Below the pieces are notes generated by a model. It was not told the DNA's origin, ran no database searches, and saw nothing but the letters and a program-made list of their open reading frames with translations. Positions 39,252 through 50,730 of a DNA stretch of 64,000 nt are shown here, in pieces; the first letter of the stretch is position 1, and the number at the start of each line of letters is the position of its first letter. The stretch spans positions 1 to 64,000 of the forward strand of contig JBFWWG010000002.1 in the NCBI GenBank assembly GCA_050246315.1. The letters are read 5' to 3'. Made by a program: the position numbers and the translations under genes. The DNA comes from Nitrospiraceae bacterium. Its GTDB lineage: Bacteria > Nitrospirota > Nitrospiria > Nitrospirales > Nitrospiraceae.

Positions 39252-40340
39252 CTATGCGTGAGTGGACGGGAGGCGCCGCGAGCGGTCGGGTTCGGTCTGG
39301 CCGAGCGGATGATCCAAGCCGGGGAAAGACGCATTGGCCACCGACTCCATGTCCCAGCATGCGATCCGCCCCCGGCGGTAGGCATCCAGACCGGCTCTGG
39401 CGATCATGACGGCATTGTCGGTACAAAGCGAGAGCGGCGGGATCACGATCTCGATACCGTCGATTGCACCGGCCTCCATCAGACGTGCGCGGAGCCGTGA
39501 ATTGGCCGAGACACCCCCGACGACGGCCAGCACGCGCTCCCCGCTCTGTGCGACTGCCCTGAGCGCTTTGGTGACCAGAACGTCCACGATCGCTTCCTGA
39601 TAGCTCGCGGCAATATCGGCACTTCGGTTGGGTTGCTCCCAATCGGGATGGTCCCGCAGGTAATACAGCAAAGCGGTCTTGAGCCCGCTGAAACTGAAAT
39701 CAAGACTGGTCCGTTTGCCAAGGGAACGCGGAAACTGAATGGCCGTGGGGTTGCCGGATTGAGCCAGCTTGTCGACCGCCGGTCCTCCAGGGAATCCCAG
39801 GCCTAACAGCTTAGCGCCTTTATCGAAGGCCTCTCCCGCCGCATCATCCAAGGTGCGTCCAAGGAGACGATACCCGGAATCGCCAGTCGTTCGGTAGAGG
39901 TGTGTGTGTCCACCGGATACGACCAAGACCAGCGCCGAAGGTTCGACAGCGGGACGGTCGATCCAAGCCGAGGCGACATGCCCTTCGAGATGATTGACCG
40001 TGACCCATGGAATTCTCAAGGCGTAGGCAAGGGCTTTTCCGTAGCTCAACCCGACCAGGAGCGCGCCTGCGAGGCCAGGACCGCTGGTACAAGCAATCAG
40101 GCGAAGGTCGGTCCAGCCCGCGGTCGCCTCGTCCAGCGCGCGGCGGACGATCGGCTCAATCGTTTCGATATGTCGCCGCGCCGCCAATTCCGGGACGACA
40201 CCACCGTAGGGTCCATGAGTCGCATGTTGCGATGAGACAATGCCGGATCGCACCCGCCCCTCCAAATCGAGAACGGCCGCAGCAGTCTCGTCACAGGAGG
40301 TTTCGATGCCAAGTACGAGACCGTCTAAATTGGCATTCAT
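39252..40340 (-). CDS. tsaD: tRNA N6-threonylcarbamoyladenosine biosynthesis protein TsaD
   Basis: LGIETSCDET, GGVVPELAAR, HLEGH, SGGHT, DDAAGEAFDK, TDNAVMI. Confidence 0.96.
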   Translation of the reverse strand: MNANLDGLVLGIETSCDETAAAVLDLEGRVRSGIVSSQHATHGPYGGVVPELAARRHIETIEPIVRRALDEATAGWTDLRLIACTSGPGLAGALLVGLSYGKALAYALRIPWVTVNHLEGHVASAWIDRPAVEPSALVLVVSGGHTHLYRTTGDSGYRLLGRTLDDAAGEAFDKGAKLLGLGFPGGPAVDKLAQSGNPTAIQFPRSLGKRTSLDFSFSGLKTALLYYLRDHPDWEQPNRSADIAASYQEAIVDVLVTKALRAVAQSGERVLAVVGGVSANSRLRARLMEAGAIDGIEIVIPPLSLCTDNAVMIARAGLDAYRRGRIACWDMESVANASFPGLDHPLGQTEPDRSRRLPSTHA

Positions 40341-40386
40341 GGCAAGCGCGAAAAAGCAAACCCCGGATGGAACGCGATCAAGCGAT

Positions 40387-40426
40387 TGAAAAGCACGAAG
40401 GCCCCCGGAATCTTCGGGGGCCTTCG
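40387..40426 (-). terminator. Intrinsic terminator downstream of clpC
   Basis: 12-bp stem CGAAGGCCCCCG/CGGGGGCCTTCG followed by TGCTTTT on the minus strand. Confidence 0.75.
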
Positions 40427-40468
40427 CTCAAATTGCGATCAAGGCTCATATGTGACTGGTCGTCGTGG

Positions 40469-42898
40469 TCACACCTCCGCCAAGGCGCCGATTTCTTCGA
40501 ACACCGGCGCACCGTCTCGGAGGACCACCCGTACCCGGCGCGCTTCTTTGAAGCGTCCCTTGATTAGCTCCTCGGACAAGGGATCTCCGAGGCTCCTCTG
40601 AATCGTCCGTCGCATCGGCCTGGCTCCATAGAGCGGTTGGTAACCCTCCTCGATGAGCCGCTGCTTGACCTCGTCGCTGACCTCGATTTGGACACCCTTT
40701 TCGAGCAGGCGGTTGTTAAGCTCCGCCAGCAGAATATCCAGGATCGCGAAGAGATGGACCTTTTCGAGCGGATGGAACACGACGACCTCATCGATTCGGT
40801 TCAAGAATTCCGGGCTGAAGGAGCGGCGCAGCTCACCCAACACCTCGTCTTTGATCTTTCGGTCGTGCACGCCGATTTCGGTGCTCTGGAACCCCAGCGA
40901 GACGTTCCGTTGGATCAGTTTGGTTCCCAGGTTAGAGGTCATGATCACAACTGTATTCTTGAAGTCCACCTTGCGACCCAGGCTGTCGGTCAGCACCCCG
41001 TCGTCGAGCACCTGCAAGAGGACGTTGAAGACATCGGGGTGGGCCTTTTCGATTTCATCAAAGAGAACCACGGAATAGGGTCGCCGCCTGACTTTCTCAG
41101 TGAGCTGGCCGCCTTCCTCGTACCCGACGTAGCCGGGAGGCGCGCCGAAGAGGCGGGAACTGGTGAATTTCTCCTGGTACTCCGACATGTCCACGCGAAT
41201 CAACGCATCTTCGGTATTGAACAAGAACTCGGCGAGGGCCCGTGCCAGTTCCGTCTTACCAACCCCTGTTGGGCCGAGGAAGATGAACGAGCCGATGGGC
41301 TTTTTCGTTTCCTTGAGCCCGGCGCGTGATCGCCTGATGGACCGGCAGACAGCCGAGATGGCCTCGTCCTGGCCGATGATACGGCGGTGGAGAAACTCTT
41401 CCATGCGCAGAAGCTTGTTGGATTCTTCCTCCTCAAGTTTGAAGAGCGGAATACCGGTCATCTTTGATACGACATAAGCCACGTCCTCTTTGCTGATGAC
41501 GGGCTTTTGCTTCTCTTGACTCTTCTTCCACTCGCGCTTGGACTCCTCCAGCAGCTTGCGCAGCCGTTCCTCCTCCTCGCGGTGGCGGACCGCTTCTTCG
41601 AAGTTCTGCATGGAGATCGCCACTTCCTTCTCACGCGAGACGCGCTTGAGTTCCTGCTCCAGCGCTTTCAACTCACCGGGAAGGGCGTAGGTTTGCAACT
41701 TGGCGCGAGACCCGGTCTCGTCGATCAGGTCGATGGCTTTGTCAGGTAGGAACCGGTCCGTAATATAACGGTCGGAAAGCTTCACCGCCTCCACGATGGC
41801 TTCGTCCGTGATCTCCACCCCGTGGTGTTCCTCATAGCGATCACGCAACCCTTGGATGATCCGCACTGTCTCGTCCAGACTCGGAGGCTGCACATGGATG
41901 GGTTGGAACCGCCGCTTCAGCGCTCCGTCCTTCTCGATGTGCTTGCGATACTCATCGAGCGTGGTGGCCCCAATGCATTGAATCTCCCCGCGCGACAAGG
42001 CCGGCTTGAGCATGTTCGAAGCGTCAATCGAACCTTCTGCCGCACCGGCACCGACCAGCGTGTGCAACTCATCGATGAAGATGATAATGTTGCCTGCCTG
42101 AGTGATTTCCTTCATGACCACCTTCAGGCGTTCTTCGAATTGGCCGCGGTACTTGGTGCCCGCCACCAGGGAACCCAAGTCGAGCGCGATCACTCGCCGA
42201 TTCAGAAGGTTGTCCGGCACTTCCGAGGCCACGATCCGTTGTGCCAGCCCCTCGACGATGGCCGTCTTCCCGACCCCTGACTCTCCGATCAGCACAGGAT
42301 TGTTCTTGGTCCGGCGGCTGAGAATCTGTAGGACCCTCTCGATTTCGTCTGAACGTCCGATGACGGGGTCCAACTGACTTTCTTGAGCGAGCTGGGTGAG
42401 ATCCCGACCGAATTCATCCAACGCAGGCGTATTGCTCTTGCGGTCACGCTCGCGCGGCGCGGATTTTCTGAGGAACGTGACGGTCAGTTGCCTGGCGGTC
42501 AGCAGGTTGGCGCCGAGACTTCTGAGAATCTTGCCGCCGATTCCCTCCTCCTCCCGCAACAATCCCAGGAGCAGATGCTCGCTACCGATATGGTTGTGCC
42601 CCAGCAGCCTGGCTTCCTCGACCGCATATTCAATGACTTTCTTGACTCGCGGGCTGAAGGGAATTTCTCCGAACGTCATCGTGGTGCCGCCACCGGGGAG
42701 ATTTCGCTCGATCTCAAGCCGAATCTGCTCCGGGGATAACCCCATCTTCTTGAGGATCATGAGCGCAATCCCGTCGGATTCGCGCAGGATGGCAAGGACA
42801 AGGTGCTCGGTGCCGAGGTAGTCGTTCTGGTGCCGTTCCGCCTCTTCTCTGGCCAGGATGATGATCTTCCGACCCTTGTCAGTGAATCGTTCGAACAT
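40469..42898 (-). CDS. clpC: ATP-dependent Clp protease ATP-binding subunit ClpC
   Basis: MFERFT, Clp N repeats, two AAA modules ([16 protein letters not shown]), UVR-like middle region. Confidence 0.96.
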   Translation of the reverse strand: MFERFTDKGRKIIILAREEAERHQNDYLGTEHLVLAILRESDGIALMILKKMGLSPEQIRLEIERNLPGGGTTMTFGEIPFSPRVKKVIEYAVEEARLLGHNHIGSEHLLLGLLREEEGIGGKILRSLGANLLTARQLTVTFLRKSAPRERDRKSNTPALDEFGRDLTQLAQESQLDPVIGRSDEIERVLQILSRRTKNNPVLIGESGVGKTAIVEGLAQRIVASEVPDNLLNRRVIALDLGSLVAGTKYRGQFEERLKVVMKEITQAGNIIIFIDELHTLVGAGAAEGSIDASNMLKPALSRGEIQCIGATTLDEYRKHIEKDGALKRRFQPIHVQPPSLDETVRIIQGLRDRYEEHHGVEITDEAIVEAVKLSDRYITDRFLPDKAIDLIDETGSRAKLQTYALPGELKALEQELKRVSREKEVAISMQNFEEAVRHREEEERLRKLLEESKREWKKSQEKQKPVISKEDVAYVVSKMTGIPLFKLEEEESNKLLRMEEFLHRRIIGQDEAISAVCRSIRRSRAGLKETKKPIGSFIFLGPTGVGKTELARALAEFLFNTEDALIRVDMSEYQEKFTSSRLFGAPPGYVGYEEGGQLTEKVRRRPYSVVLFDEIEKAHPDVFNVLLQVLDDGVLTDSLGRKVDFKNTVVIMTSNLGTKLIQRNVSLGFQSTEIGVHDRKIKDEVLGELRRSFSPEFLNRIDEVVVFHPLEKVHLFAILDILLAELNNRLLEKGVQIEVSDEVKQRLIEEGYQPLYGARPMRRTIQRSLGDPLSEELIKGRFKEARRVRVVLRDGAPVFEEIGALAEV

Positions 42899-42962
42899 CC
42901 GTCCTCCTTGTGGGTTAAGCGTTCAGGGGAAAAGCACGGAACCCAAGGAAAAATCTCAAGTT

Positions 42963-42991
42963 ATTCTAATCGGCAGGTTGAAGCATGTCAA
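42963..42991 (-). promoter_or_regulatory. Sigma70 promoter for clpC
   Basis: Minus strand TTGACA-N17-TAGAAT. Confidence 0.75.
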
Positions 42992-43102
42992 GGTGTGTGC
43001 AAATCTCCGTGCTCCGGAATGCGCACATCAGGATCTCGCGCATCGTTCCGCGTTCTCTCACGCTGCGTGCGCTGAAAAATGCGGTGAGGCGGGCGCTATT
43101 CG

Positions 43103-43131
43103 TTGACTTCGCGAAATCGGGTCACTAGTAT
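43103..43131 (+). promoter_or_regulatory. Sigma70 promoter for nadK
   Basis: TTGACT-N17-TAGTAT, 44 nt before the ATG. Confidence 0.65.
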
Positions 43132-43175
43132 CTGGCGCTTCTCTACACGGTTTACATGGCTCGGTAAGGCGGTCG

Positions 43176-44030
43176 ATGAATCGGATCGGAATTCTCACGA
43201 AACCCAAGTTTCCCGATGTGGCGCAGACGCTCCGCGAGTTGTGTCTGTGGCTTCGGGATCGGGAAAAGGAGGTGTTGCTCGAAGCTTCGGCGGCGTGCCT
43301 GATCGACGAATGTCAGCCATTCGACCGGCGGAGCATTGCACAAGAGGCCGATCTGATCATCGTGCTCGGGGGCGACGGCACGATGTTGGGTGCCGCCCGC
43401 CTCGTCGCGTCGCGTAACCCGCCGATCCTGGGCGTCAATATGGGCGGGCTCGGTTTTCTCACCGAGGTGACGGTCGATCACATGTTCGAGGCATTGGAGC
43501 GGGTGTTCAACAACAACTTTGTGATCGACGAGCGACTGATGCTGTCCTCCACCATGGAGCGTGAGGGCGCCGTCATTATGGAATCCACGGCGCTGAACGA
43601 TGTCGTTATCTCCAAGGGGACCCTGGCACGGATGATCGAGATGCAGGTGGGGATCAGCGGGCAATTCGTGACCAATCTGAGAGGAGACGGGCTGATCGTC
43701 TCGACTCCGACCGGATCGACGGCCTATGCCCTCTCCGCCGGGGGACCGATCGTCAGTCCGTCCGCGTCCGCCTTCATGCTGGCGCCGATCTGTCCCCATA
43801 CGCTGACGCATCGTCCGCTCATCGTGCCGAGTACGGTCCGCATTTCGGTTTCGCTCAGCAGTAAGGACGCCGGGGCCATGGTCACGCTTGACGGGCAGGA
43901 AGGGATGGCGATGCAGAAGGGAGATGTAGTGATCATCACCGCTTCGGACCACCGGACCCATCTGATCCGATTCCCAGAGCGGACCTACTACGAAACCCTT
44001 CGATTGAAGCTCAAGTGGGGAGATGGGTGA
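43176..44030 (+). CDS. nadK: NAD kinase
   Basis: LGGDGTML, GLGFL, ALNDVV, GDGLIVSTPTGSTAYALSAGGP. Confidence 0.97.
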   Translation: MNRIGILTKPKFPDVAQTLRELCLWLRDREKEVLLEASAACLIDECQPFDRRSIAQEADLIIVLGGDGTMLGAARLVASRNPPILGVNMGGLGFLTEVTVDHMFEALERVFNNNFVIDERLMLSSTMEREGAVIMESTALNDVVISKGTLARMIEMQVGISGQFVTNLRGDGLIVSTPTGSTAYALSAGGPIVSPSASAFMLAPICPHTLTHRPLIVPSTVRISVSLSSKDAGAMVTLDGQEGMAMQKGDVVIITASDHRTHLIRFPERTYYETLRLKLKWGDG

Positions 44031-44057
44031 GGAGTTGGGCAAACGCCTGAACGATGA

Positions 44058-45434
44058 TTATTTGGCGCGGACGGCGTGGATATGTCCAAGCATCTCCTGA
44101 TTGGTTACGTACTTGAATTCGCCAATACAGTCGCTGGGGACCTGAGATTCCTGCTCAGCCCGTTGCAGCGCCCGTAATCCGGCCGCGTCGACATAGGCGG
44201 TCCTCCGCTGGCTCAGCAAATCGGCCAGTCGCTTCATGGACGAGTCAATCGCGGTCCGCGTAATCGGGGAGCGGCTGGTGAGGAAACGACTGACCACCTC
44301 CGCGCACCACTCCCCATCTCGCTTGGCCACACCGACCAATCCCTCACTCGCTTTGCGCGCCCAGCCTGCGAGAAAGACGCCGGGCAATGCCTGGCTTGAC
44401 GCCTCATCAAATGCCTGGAAGAGGGCGTCGTCCGGCTCGTTGTTCGTCTTGTTCGGATTGGTGACGAAGCCTCCGTTCTTGTACGGAAGACCGACGGTCT
44501 CATCGACCTTGTCTCCGACGGCGAACACGACGCTGTCCACCGGAAACTCATAGTACTGTTTCAGGCCGACCGCGGCCGTATCTGCCCCCTTCGGCTCCAG
44601 CTTGGTCTCTTCCATTTCAAGCGCCCGGACCCGGTTGTGAGCGTCCACAAGCACCCGCTTGGGCGAAGCCAGAAACCGGAACCCGAATTTCGTCTCGCTG
44701 GTCTTCGGCTCGCACTTGTCACATTCCGCCAGGATGTCTTTGAGGATCGCATCGGGCTGTTGCCCGACCGCTTCGAGCCTCGGCTTGATACGCTCGAATT
44801 CCTTGGCGAGGGCTTCTTGATCAAGGTTGGCGCAAATGGCTCGGATTTCTTTGGGGTTGTATTTGCGTTCGGCTGGTCCACGGCGGGCGATGGCCGTTAC
44901 ACGCTCCACGTTCTTATAGCGGGTGAGCCAATGCGCGATATCGACCATGACATCACCGACCCCGATGACGGCGACATGTTTGCCCATGTCGAAGGGGCGA
45001 TCACCAAAACCGGGAAGTCGATTGAAATGATACACCACATCCTTCGCATGGAAGACACCCTGCGCCGAATCGCCTTCGACTCCGATGGTCTTGGTTCCCT
45101 GTGCACCCGTTGAAAAGACGATCGCGCTGGCGCCCAGCGACCGAAGCTGCTCCACGGTCAAGTCCTTGCCGACTCCGACGGAGACGTTGCCGAAATAGTG
45201 GACATTAGGCCGCTCCAGGATATCCCAATAGGTCTTCTTCAAGCCGCCTCGTAATTTGAGCTTGCTTGGGAAGATGCCGTATTCCGCAAGGCCGCCGAAC
45301 TTGATGTCGCGGTTCATGAGCACGATTTCGTGTCCGGCTTTCGACAACACGTTGGCCACGGACATGCCGGCCGGGCCTGCGCCGACCACGATGATCAGAT
45401 GTGATGCTCCGGATGAATGATGGGCCGTATTCAT
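44058..45434 (-). CDS. Ferredoxin-NADP+ reductase, FprA/adrenodoxin-reductase type
   Basis: VVGAGPAG, GGLAEYGI, YFGNVSVG, VIGVGDVMVDIA, ARRGP, AGWARK. Confidence 0.8.
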   Translation of the reverse strand: MNTAHHSSGASHLIIVVGAGPAGMSVANVLSKAGHEIVLMNRDIKFGGLAEYGIFPSKLKLRGGLKKTYWDILERPNVHYFGNVSVGVGKDLTVEQLRSLGASAIVFSTGAQGTKTIGVEGDSAQGVFHAKDVVYHFNRLPGFGDRPFDMGKHVAVIGVGDVMVDIAHWLTRYKNVERVTAIARRGPAERKYNPKEIRAICANLDQEALAKEFERIKPRLEAVGQQPDAILKDILAECDKCEPKTSETKFGFRFLASPKRVLVDAHNRVRALEMEETKLEPKGADTAAVGLKQYYEFPVDSVVFAVGDKVDETVGLPYKNGGFVTNPNKTNNEPDDALFQAFDEASSQALPGVFLAGWARKASEGLVGVAKRDGEWCAEVVSRFLTSRSPITRTAIDSSMKRLADLLSQRRTAYVDAAGLRALQRAEQESQVPSDCIGEFKYVTNQEMLGHIHAVRAK

Positions 45435-45589
45435 ATGCGACAGCAATCCCCTTGTGCAGTTTCAGGAGTTTGATGGGAAAAAGGTAAAAGTTTTCGCGGA
45501 CTTTAGCACAGCACCTTTGGGCCTGTCAAAGGAACGGATGTGCGTCGTAGACAATCCAGGTACTTTTCGTGTCCTCTGCCCGTTGCGGG

Positions 45590-47059
45590 CTACCCGCCCG
45601 CGCTGCCGACGGGACCGCCCGGTTCCGTCATTCGCCAAGGGTCGAGCAATTCCTTGAGACGCTTTTCCTTGAGGACCTGCTTCCGCCTCGCCACCTCTCG
45701 GACGGTCTTGCCCGCTTTGTAAGCATCCTTGGAGATCTGGGCCGCCGCATCGTAGCCGATCTCCGGTGCCAATGCGGTGCACATGGCCAGACTTTGCTCG
45801 ATGGAATCGCGACAGCGGTCCTCATTGGCCTGGATGCCTTCGACGCAGCGGGCCGCGAAATTGTCGGAAGCCGTGGCGAGCAATTCGATAGATTGCAGGA
45901 GGTTGTAAGCCATGACCGGCAGCATCACCAACAGCTCAAAGTTCCCCGCCTGCCCTCCGATCGTGACGGCCACATCGTTTCCGATAACCTGCGCGCAGAC
46001 CATGGTGACGGATTCGGCGATCACCGGATTGACCTTGCCGGGCATGATCGAGGAGCCGGGCTGGGTCTCCGGGAGGCGAAGTTCTCCGAGCCCGCATCGG
46101 GGGCCTGAGCCGAGCCAGCGAATATCGTTGGCGATCTTCATCAGACTTACCGCAATCGTGCGCAGTTCTCCGCTGGCCTCGACCATGGAATCCTGGGCGG
46201 ACTGAGCCTCGAAGTGGTTCTTGGCTTCCTTGAGCCTGCAACCGATCTCCTTTGCGATGACGGCGATCACGCGACGGGCAAAATCCGGGTGAGCATTGAG
46301 ACCGGTGCCGACGGCAGTTCCACCCAAGGCCACCTCGCTCAGAGCGGCCTGTGCGTGCCTGATCCGCTCGATCCCCAATTCGATTTGGCGGGCATAGCCG
46401 CCGAACTCCTGGCCCAGGCGAACGGGCGTGGCGTCCTGTAGATGCGTGCGGCCGATCTTCACGATTGGATCGAACTCCTTGGCCTTGCGCCCCAAGGCCT
46501 TCCGCAGCCTGGTGAGTGCAGGAATGAGCTGGCGTTCCATCATTTCCACCGCGGCGATATGAATGGCGGTGGGAATCACATCGTTGCTCGATTGTCCCAG
46601 ATTCACATGATCGTTGGGGTGGACATACTTGCTTCCCCTCGCTCCCCCGAGCAATTCCGTTGCCCGGTTGGAGATCACTTCATTGGTATTCATATTGGAC
46701 GAGGTGCCGGAGCCTGTCTGGAAAATATCCACGGGAAACTCGGCGTCGAGCTTGCCCTCAACGACTTCCGTGGCAGCTTGTCTGATTGCCTCGGCCTGTG
46801 GTTTCTCGATCAGGCTAAGCGAATGGTTGACCGTCGCGGCGGCCCGTTTGATCAAACCCATGGCGCGGATGAACGAACGCGGAAACCGAAGGGAGCTGAT
46901 GGGAAAGTTTTCAATGGCGCGCGCGGTTTGCACGCCATAATAGGCCTCGGCCGGGACGGCGAGTTCACCCATCGTATCGCGCTCCATCCTGGTTGGTCCC
47001 TGGGGCGCTGGGATGCCCGTACGGTTGTTCATCGTTTGTGCGGCGCGTCGTTTCTTCAT
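45590..47059 (-). CDS. fumC: Fumarate hydratase class II
   Basis: FQTGSGTSSNMN, HPNDHVN, QSSND, GRTHLQDATP, GSSIMPGKVNP. Confidence 0.95.
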   Translation of the reverse strand: MKKRRAAQTMNNRTGIPAPQGPTRMERDTMGELAVPAEAYYGVQTARAIENFPISSLRFPRSFIRAMGLIKRAAATVNHSLSLIEKPQAEAIRQAATEVVEGKLDAEFPVDIFQTGSGTSSNMNTNEVISNRATELLGGARGSKYVHPNDHVNLGQSSNDVIPTAIHIAAVEMMERQLIPALTRLRKALGRKAKEFDPIVKIGRTHLQDATPVRLGQEFGGYARQIELGIERIRHAQAALSEVALGGTAVGTGLNAHPDFARRVIAVIAKEIGCRLKEAKNHFEAQSAQDSMVEASGELRTIAVSLMKIANDIRWLGSGPRCGLGELRLPETQPGSSIMPGKVNPVIAESVTMVCAQVIGNDVAVTIGGQAGNFELLVMLPVMAYNLLQSIELLATASDNFAARCVEGIQANEDRCRDSIEQSLAMCTALAPEIGYDAAAQISKDAYKAGKTVREVARRKQVLKEKRLKELLDPWRMTEPGGPVGSAGG

Positions 47060-47321
47060 GTCGCTGGATCCCCCCATGCTGGGCCTCATGATGCAGGCGG
47101 ATTGGGCTTGTCGTGCCATTGAAGAGCCAGGCATCTTAATCATTTGTCGGGTGGTTCACAAGACCATCGCCTGGGCGGACGCACCAAGTCGGTGAGGTTC
47201 AGGCAGGACTCGCCGACGAATAGGTCTTGAAGGATGGCTCGGATGCGCTCTCGTGTGCGCTGAAGCCTCGGCAGGGCGACGGAATTAAGTGATCGCGATA
47301 GGAGCAGAACCACAAAGTGAC

Positions 47322-47356
47322 CAAAACACGAAGGCCCGCCAGCATGGCGGGCCTTC
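47322..47356 (-). terminator. Intrinsic terminator downstream of hsp20
   Basis: 12-bp stem GAAGGCCCGCCA/TGGCGGGCCTTC followed by GTGTTTT on the minus strand. Confidence 0.7.
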
Positions 47357-47389
47357 CGTAGCCGTGCCGAACGACGAATCGACGACCGA

Positions 47390-47839
47390 TTAGGCGACCT
47401 TGACCTCGATGGCCCTAGGCTTCGCCTTCTCTGATTTCGGAAGGTGAAGGTGCAGGACCCCGTCCTGATACTCCGCCTTGATCTTGGCTTCATCGACGTA
47501 ATCCGGCACCACAAAGCTCCGCACAAACCGACCATAAGCTCGTTCGATCCGATGGAACTTTTTCCCCTTCTCCTCCTTCTCATGTTTTCGTTCGCCCTGG
47601 ATGCTGAGGACGCCCTCTTCGAGGGTGATCTTGACGTCCTCCTTCTTCACCTCCGGCAATTCCGCCTTGATGATGTACTCGCCCTCGGTCTCGCTGATAT
47701 CGACCGACGGCGTCCAGTCGGCCACCGTCATGGTTTCCTTTCCGTCGGCTTTCGCGGTGAGCGCGCGCCCGAACACGCGATTCAGACGATCCGATACCTC
47801 TTCCAATTCTCTGAATGGGTCCCACCGTACCAAATTCAT
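47390..47839 (-). CDS. Hsp20/alpha-crystallin small heat-shock protein
   Basis: WDPFREL, WTPSVDISE, ERAYGRFVRSF, YQDGVLHLHLPK; RBS AGGAGGT. Confidence 0.96.
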   Translation of the reverse strand: MNLVRWDPFRELEEVSDRLNRVFGRALTAKADGKETMTVADWTPSVDISETEGEYIIKAELPEVKKEDVKITLEEGVLSIQGERKHEKEEKGKKFHRIERAYGRFVRSFVVPDYVDEAKIKAEYQDGVLHLHLPKSEKAKPRAIEVKVA

Positions 47840-48074
47840 TATCGCACCTCCTTGACTGTAAGTGTGTAGTGATTCCGATCACCGTATGTTGCAGTAGAAG
47901 ATAATCCGGCCGGTGCCATCGTCAAGGGGTGGGGTCGCGGTGGTGCAGGTTTTCTCCTTGAGTGGGGACGTTGACTCTTGAGAATAAGGTCTTATTGAAT
48001 TTGTTGGAATGAGCCTCTCAGGAAATTGGCGGCGGCTGCGCCGTTCCGGTTCGTCCGTCACACGGACGACGTGA

Positions 48075-49208
48075 TTAGCGCAGGTGGACCGGTACGTAGG
48101 GGCGGCCATGCTCTCCTGAATAGATTTGTTCGGGGCGAAAAAGTTTGTTCTCGCGCAGTTGCTCCAGCCAGTGAGCCAGCCATCCTGCCACCCTCGCAAC
48201 GGCAAAAATCGGCGTGAATAGCTCCATATCGATCCCCATCTTGTCGTAAATGATGCCTGAATAAAAATCGACATTCGGGTAGATTTGTTTGGCCTCGAAA
48301 TAGTCGCCCGCCACTTTTTCGAGTTCGACGGCGACCTGGTACAGAGGGGAAGGCCCAAACTCATCGAACAGTTGCTCGCAGAGCCGCTGAAGGATGACCG
48401 CCCGCGGATCTTTCACTTTGTACACGCGATGACCAAATCCCATCAGCCTGCCTTTGCTCTTGAGTTTCTCCTCGACATAGGTCCGGACGTGTGACGGGCG
48501 CCCGATTTCGCGGAGCATCTGGACCACTTCCTCGTTGGCGCCGCCGTGCAACGGCCCCTTCAATGCCCCGATGGATGACGCCACCACCGTGTAGGGATCG
48601 GCCAGAGTCGAAGCCGTCACCAATCCCGCGAATGTGGAAGCGTTCATTGTGTGTTCGGCGTGCAGAATCAGGCAAACCTCCAAGATATGGGCCCAGGCCT
48701 TGGGAGGTTCCTGATCAAATAGCATGGCGAGAAAATTTGCCGAGAAGCCGAGATGGTCGCGCGGCGGCACATGGTCGTCTCCGTGACGCATGCGTGCGAC
48801 GGCGGCCACGATGGTGGGAACCTTGGCGATCAGCCGAACGGAGGACCAGTAGTTATTGTCGACGTCCGCCACATTGCGGCCGGGGTAGAACATGCCGAGG
48901 GCGGCCACGGCCGCCTGCAAGGCATCCATCGGGTGCCCCGTCTCCGGCAAGCACTTGATGAGGTCGATAATCTTGAACTTAATGCGGCGATGATGGGTGA
49001 TATCGTCGATAAACCGGCTCAAGTCCTGTTCAACAGGTAGACGTCCGAACAACAGGAGGTAGGAGGTTTCGAGGAACGAGGAGTTGGCACAGAGGTCCTC
49101 CACGCGGATGCCCCGGTATTCCAAGACGCCCTTTTGGCCGTCCACATCGCTGATCGCGGATTTGGCGGCGGGAACTCCGGCCAGGCCCGGCATGAAATCA
49201 TGCGCCAT
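48075..49208 (-). CDS. gltA: Citrate synthase
   Basis: HAEHTMNAST, GPLHGGANE, GFGHRVYK, PNVDFYSG. Confidence 0.95.
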   Translation of the reverse strand: MAHDFMPGLAGVPAAKSAISDVDGQKGVLEYRGIRVEDLCANSSFLETSYLLLFGRLPVEQDLSRFIDDITHHRRIKFKIIDLIKCLPETGHPMDALQAAVAALGMFYPGRNVADVDNNYWSSVRLIAKVPTIVAAVARMRHGDDHVPPRDHLGFSANFLAMLFDQEPPKAWAHILEVCLILHAEHTMNASTFAGLVTASTLADPYTVVASSIGALKGPLHGGANEEVVQMLREIGRPSHVRTYVEEKLKSKGRLMGFGHRVYKVKDPRAVILQRLCEQLFDEFGPSPLYQVAVELEKVAGDYFEAKQIYPNVDFYSGIIYDKMGIDMELFTPIFAVARVAGWLAHWLEQLRENKLFRPEQIYSGEHGRPYVPVHLR

Positions 49209-49439
49209 GGTTGTCTCCTATCTATCATGTATCCTTCCAGTCGATGCCAATCGCGCTGCCGGAAGGTGACGCCGGCGCGATCTGCCCTCATTATGCCGCC
49301 CGGCCGGGGCTCTGTCGAGTATTCGCCGCCGCGATACATCGCCGACCACTCGTTCCGCGACCTTGCAAAGGCCCGAAGCGATTGGCATACTGAATATACG
49401 TAGGCATGAAAGCCTGGACAGGGGATGCTCGATCCGGCC

Positions 49440-49688
49440 ATGAAGGAAATGAGGATTCTCGTCGTGACGGTGCTGGGTCTGGTGCTGGTCGCAGTCGTGG
49501 CCTTCTTGTGGATGCGTCAGGAGCCGCGACCGCTTCCACGCATGGTGTCACCCTTGGGACAGGCCCTCCCCTCCTCTTCACGGGTCGGGACCAGCGCCTT
49601 GAGCCACGGTGGTCCGGTTCCCGAATCGCTTCGGAATCCATCTCGAAGGGTGAACGGACCGAGCGCTCAGAGTGAAGAGGGCCCCTGA
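49440..49688 (+). CDS. Small single-TM hypothetical protein
   Basis: Hydrophobic N-terminus MRILVVTVLGLVLVAVVAFLW; fills the gap before the next plus-strand gene. Confidence 0.4.
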   Translation: MKEMRILVVTVLGLVLVAVVAFLWMRQEPRPLPRMVSPLGQALPSSSRVGTSALSHGGPVPESLRNPSRRVNGPSAQSEEGP

Positions 49689-49720
49689 TTGGGCACAAGA
49701 AAGGAAACGGCGACCGGCTG

Positions 49721-50140
49721 ATGGAGAGGACGCGGATGATGCTGATGAAACCTGCTTGTGCCGGCTGGGGAAGACTCTTGCTCCTCGTCGTAACCATCGG
49801 TGCCGCCGATTTTGCTCTGGCGCAGGACGGGGAGTTACAACTATTCGCCGTCGTCACCAAACCTCCCAAAGATAAGGCGGCGGTGACCGCACAGGTTGTG
49901 ATCGAGGGGATCGTGAGCGAGACCAAGTTGATTCCAAGCGAGCGAGTGTTGGGCAATCCGGTCTGGCGGACGCTCGAAATGTGTCATTCACTGAAGGCCG
50001 AGGTCAAAAAACTCGCCGAGGGCTACCAGGTGCTGTCTGTGCGGATTCTGGATGCGTCCATGTTGCCGATGAATTTGCAAAGCACCGCGGGAGACTGCTT
50101 GATCCAGAAGGCTATCGAAGTGGCGCCGCTCGTGGATTAG
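49721..50140 (+). CDS. Secreted hypothetical protein
   Basis: Signal peptide ending ALA; paired Cys; protein-like composition. Confidence 0.7.
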   Translation: MERTRMMLMKPACAGWGRLLLLVVTIGAADFALAQDGELQLFAVVTKPPKDKAAVTAQVVIEGIVSETKLIPSERVLGNPVWRTLEMCHSLKAEVKKLAEGYQVLSVRILDASMLPMNLQSTAGDCLIQKAIEVAPLVD

Positions 50141-50239
50141 AACCGCGCTGAGTGCCGAGGAATCAGCGCTGAGTGGAGAGATCCCAAGACCGTTTCAGCA
50201 CCAACGCGCATCCAGCGCCTATCATTCAGCACTTCTCGC

Positions 50240-50617
50240 TCAGCCCTGAGGTCGGCATTCGGGGCAGTCGGTTGGTTCAGCGTCCTTTCGATACTCATCC
50301 GTCGTCAGCGGAAACAGTTGTTCACAGCGACCACACTGCCGGATTTCAAAATAGGCCACCCCTTTCTCGTCGATTTCCGTCGGCAGCAACAATTCCACGG
50401 GGTCGTATCCGATCATGACTCCGTCTTGAAATTTCACGACGGCCAGGCGGACGTTAAACAATTCGAAGATGGCTTCCTGCCCCTTGCGCTCGTTGAGATG
50501 GCCGAGCACGAACACCGGTTGGCCCTTGCGTTTGGTCCGAAGTTCCCGTAACGTGCGCTGGCCGGGCGCGGCGACGGCAAAACAGCCGGTTGAACTGGTT
50601 CCCGCCGAGATGATCAT
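50240..50617 (-). CDS. Hypothetical protein with C-terminal zinc ribbon
   Basis: CGRC...CPEC; RBS AGAGG. Confidence 0.75.
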   Translation of the reverse strand: MIISAGTSSTGCFAVAAPGQRTLRELRTKRKGQPVFVLGHLNERKGQEAIFELFNVRLAVVKFQDGVMIGYDPVELLLPTEIDEKGVAYFEIRQCGRCEQLFPLTTDEYRKDAEPTDCPECRPQG

Positions 50618-50730
50618 GGATGCCTCTTTTTACCGACCTGAGCTGGAGCCGGGTAACGTGCACAGGATGTAACAACCGGGATCGGAAGGTCAAGACGGTC
50701 CGGAGTTCCCTTTTTGTGAAGGACAATGCC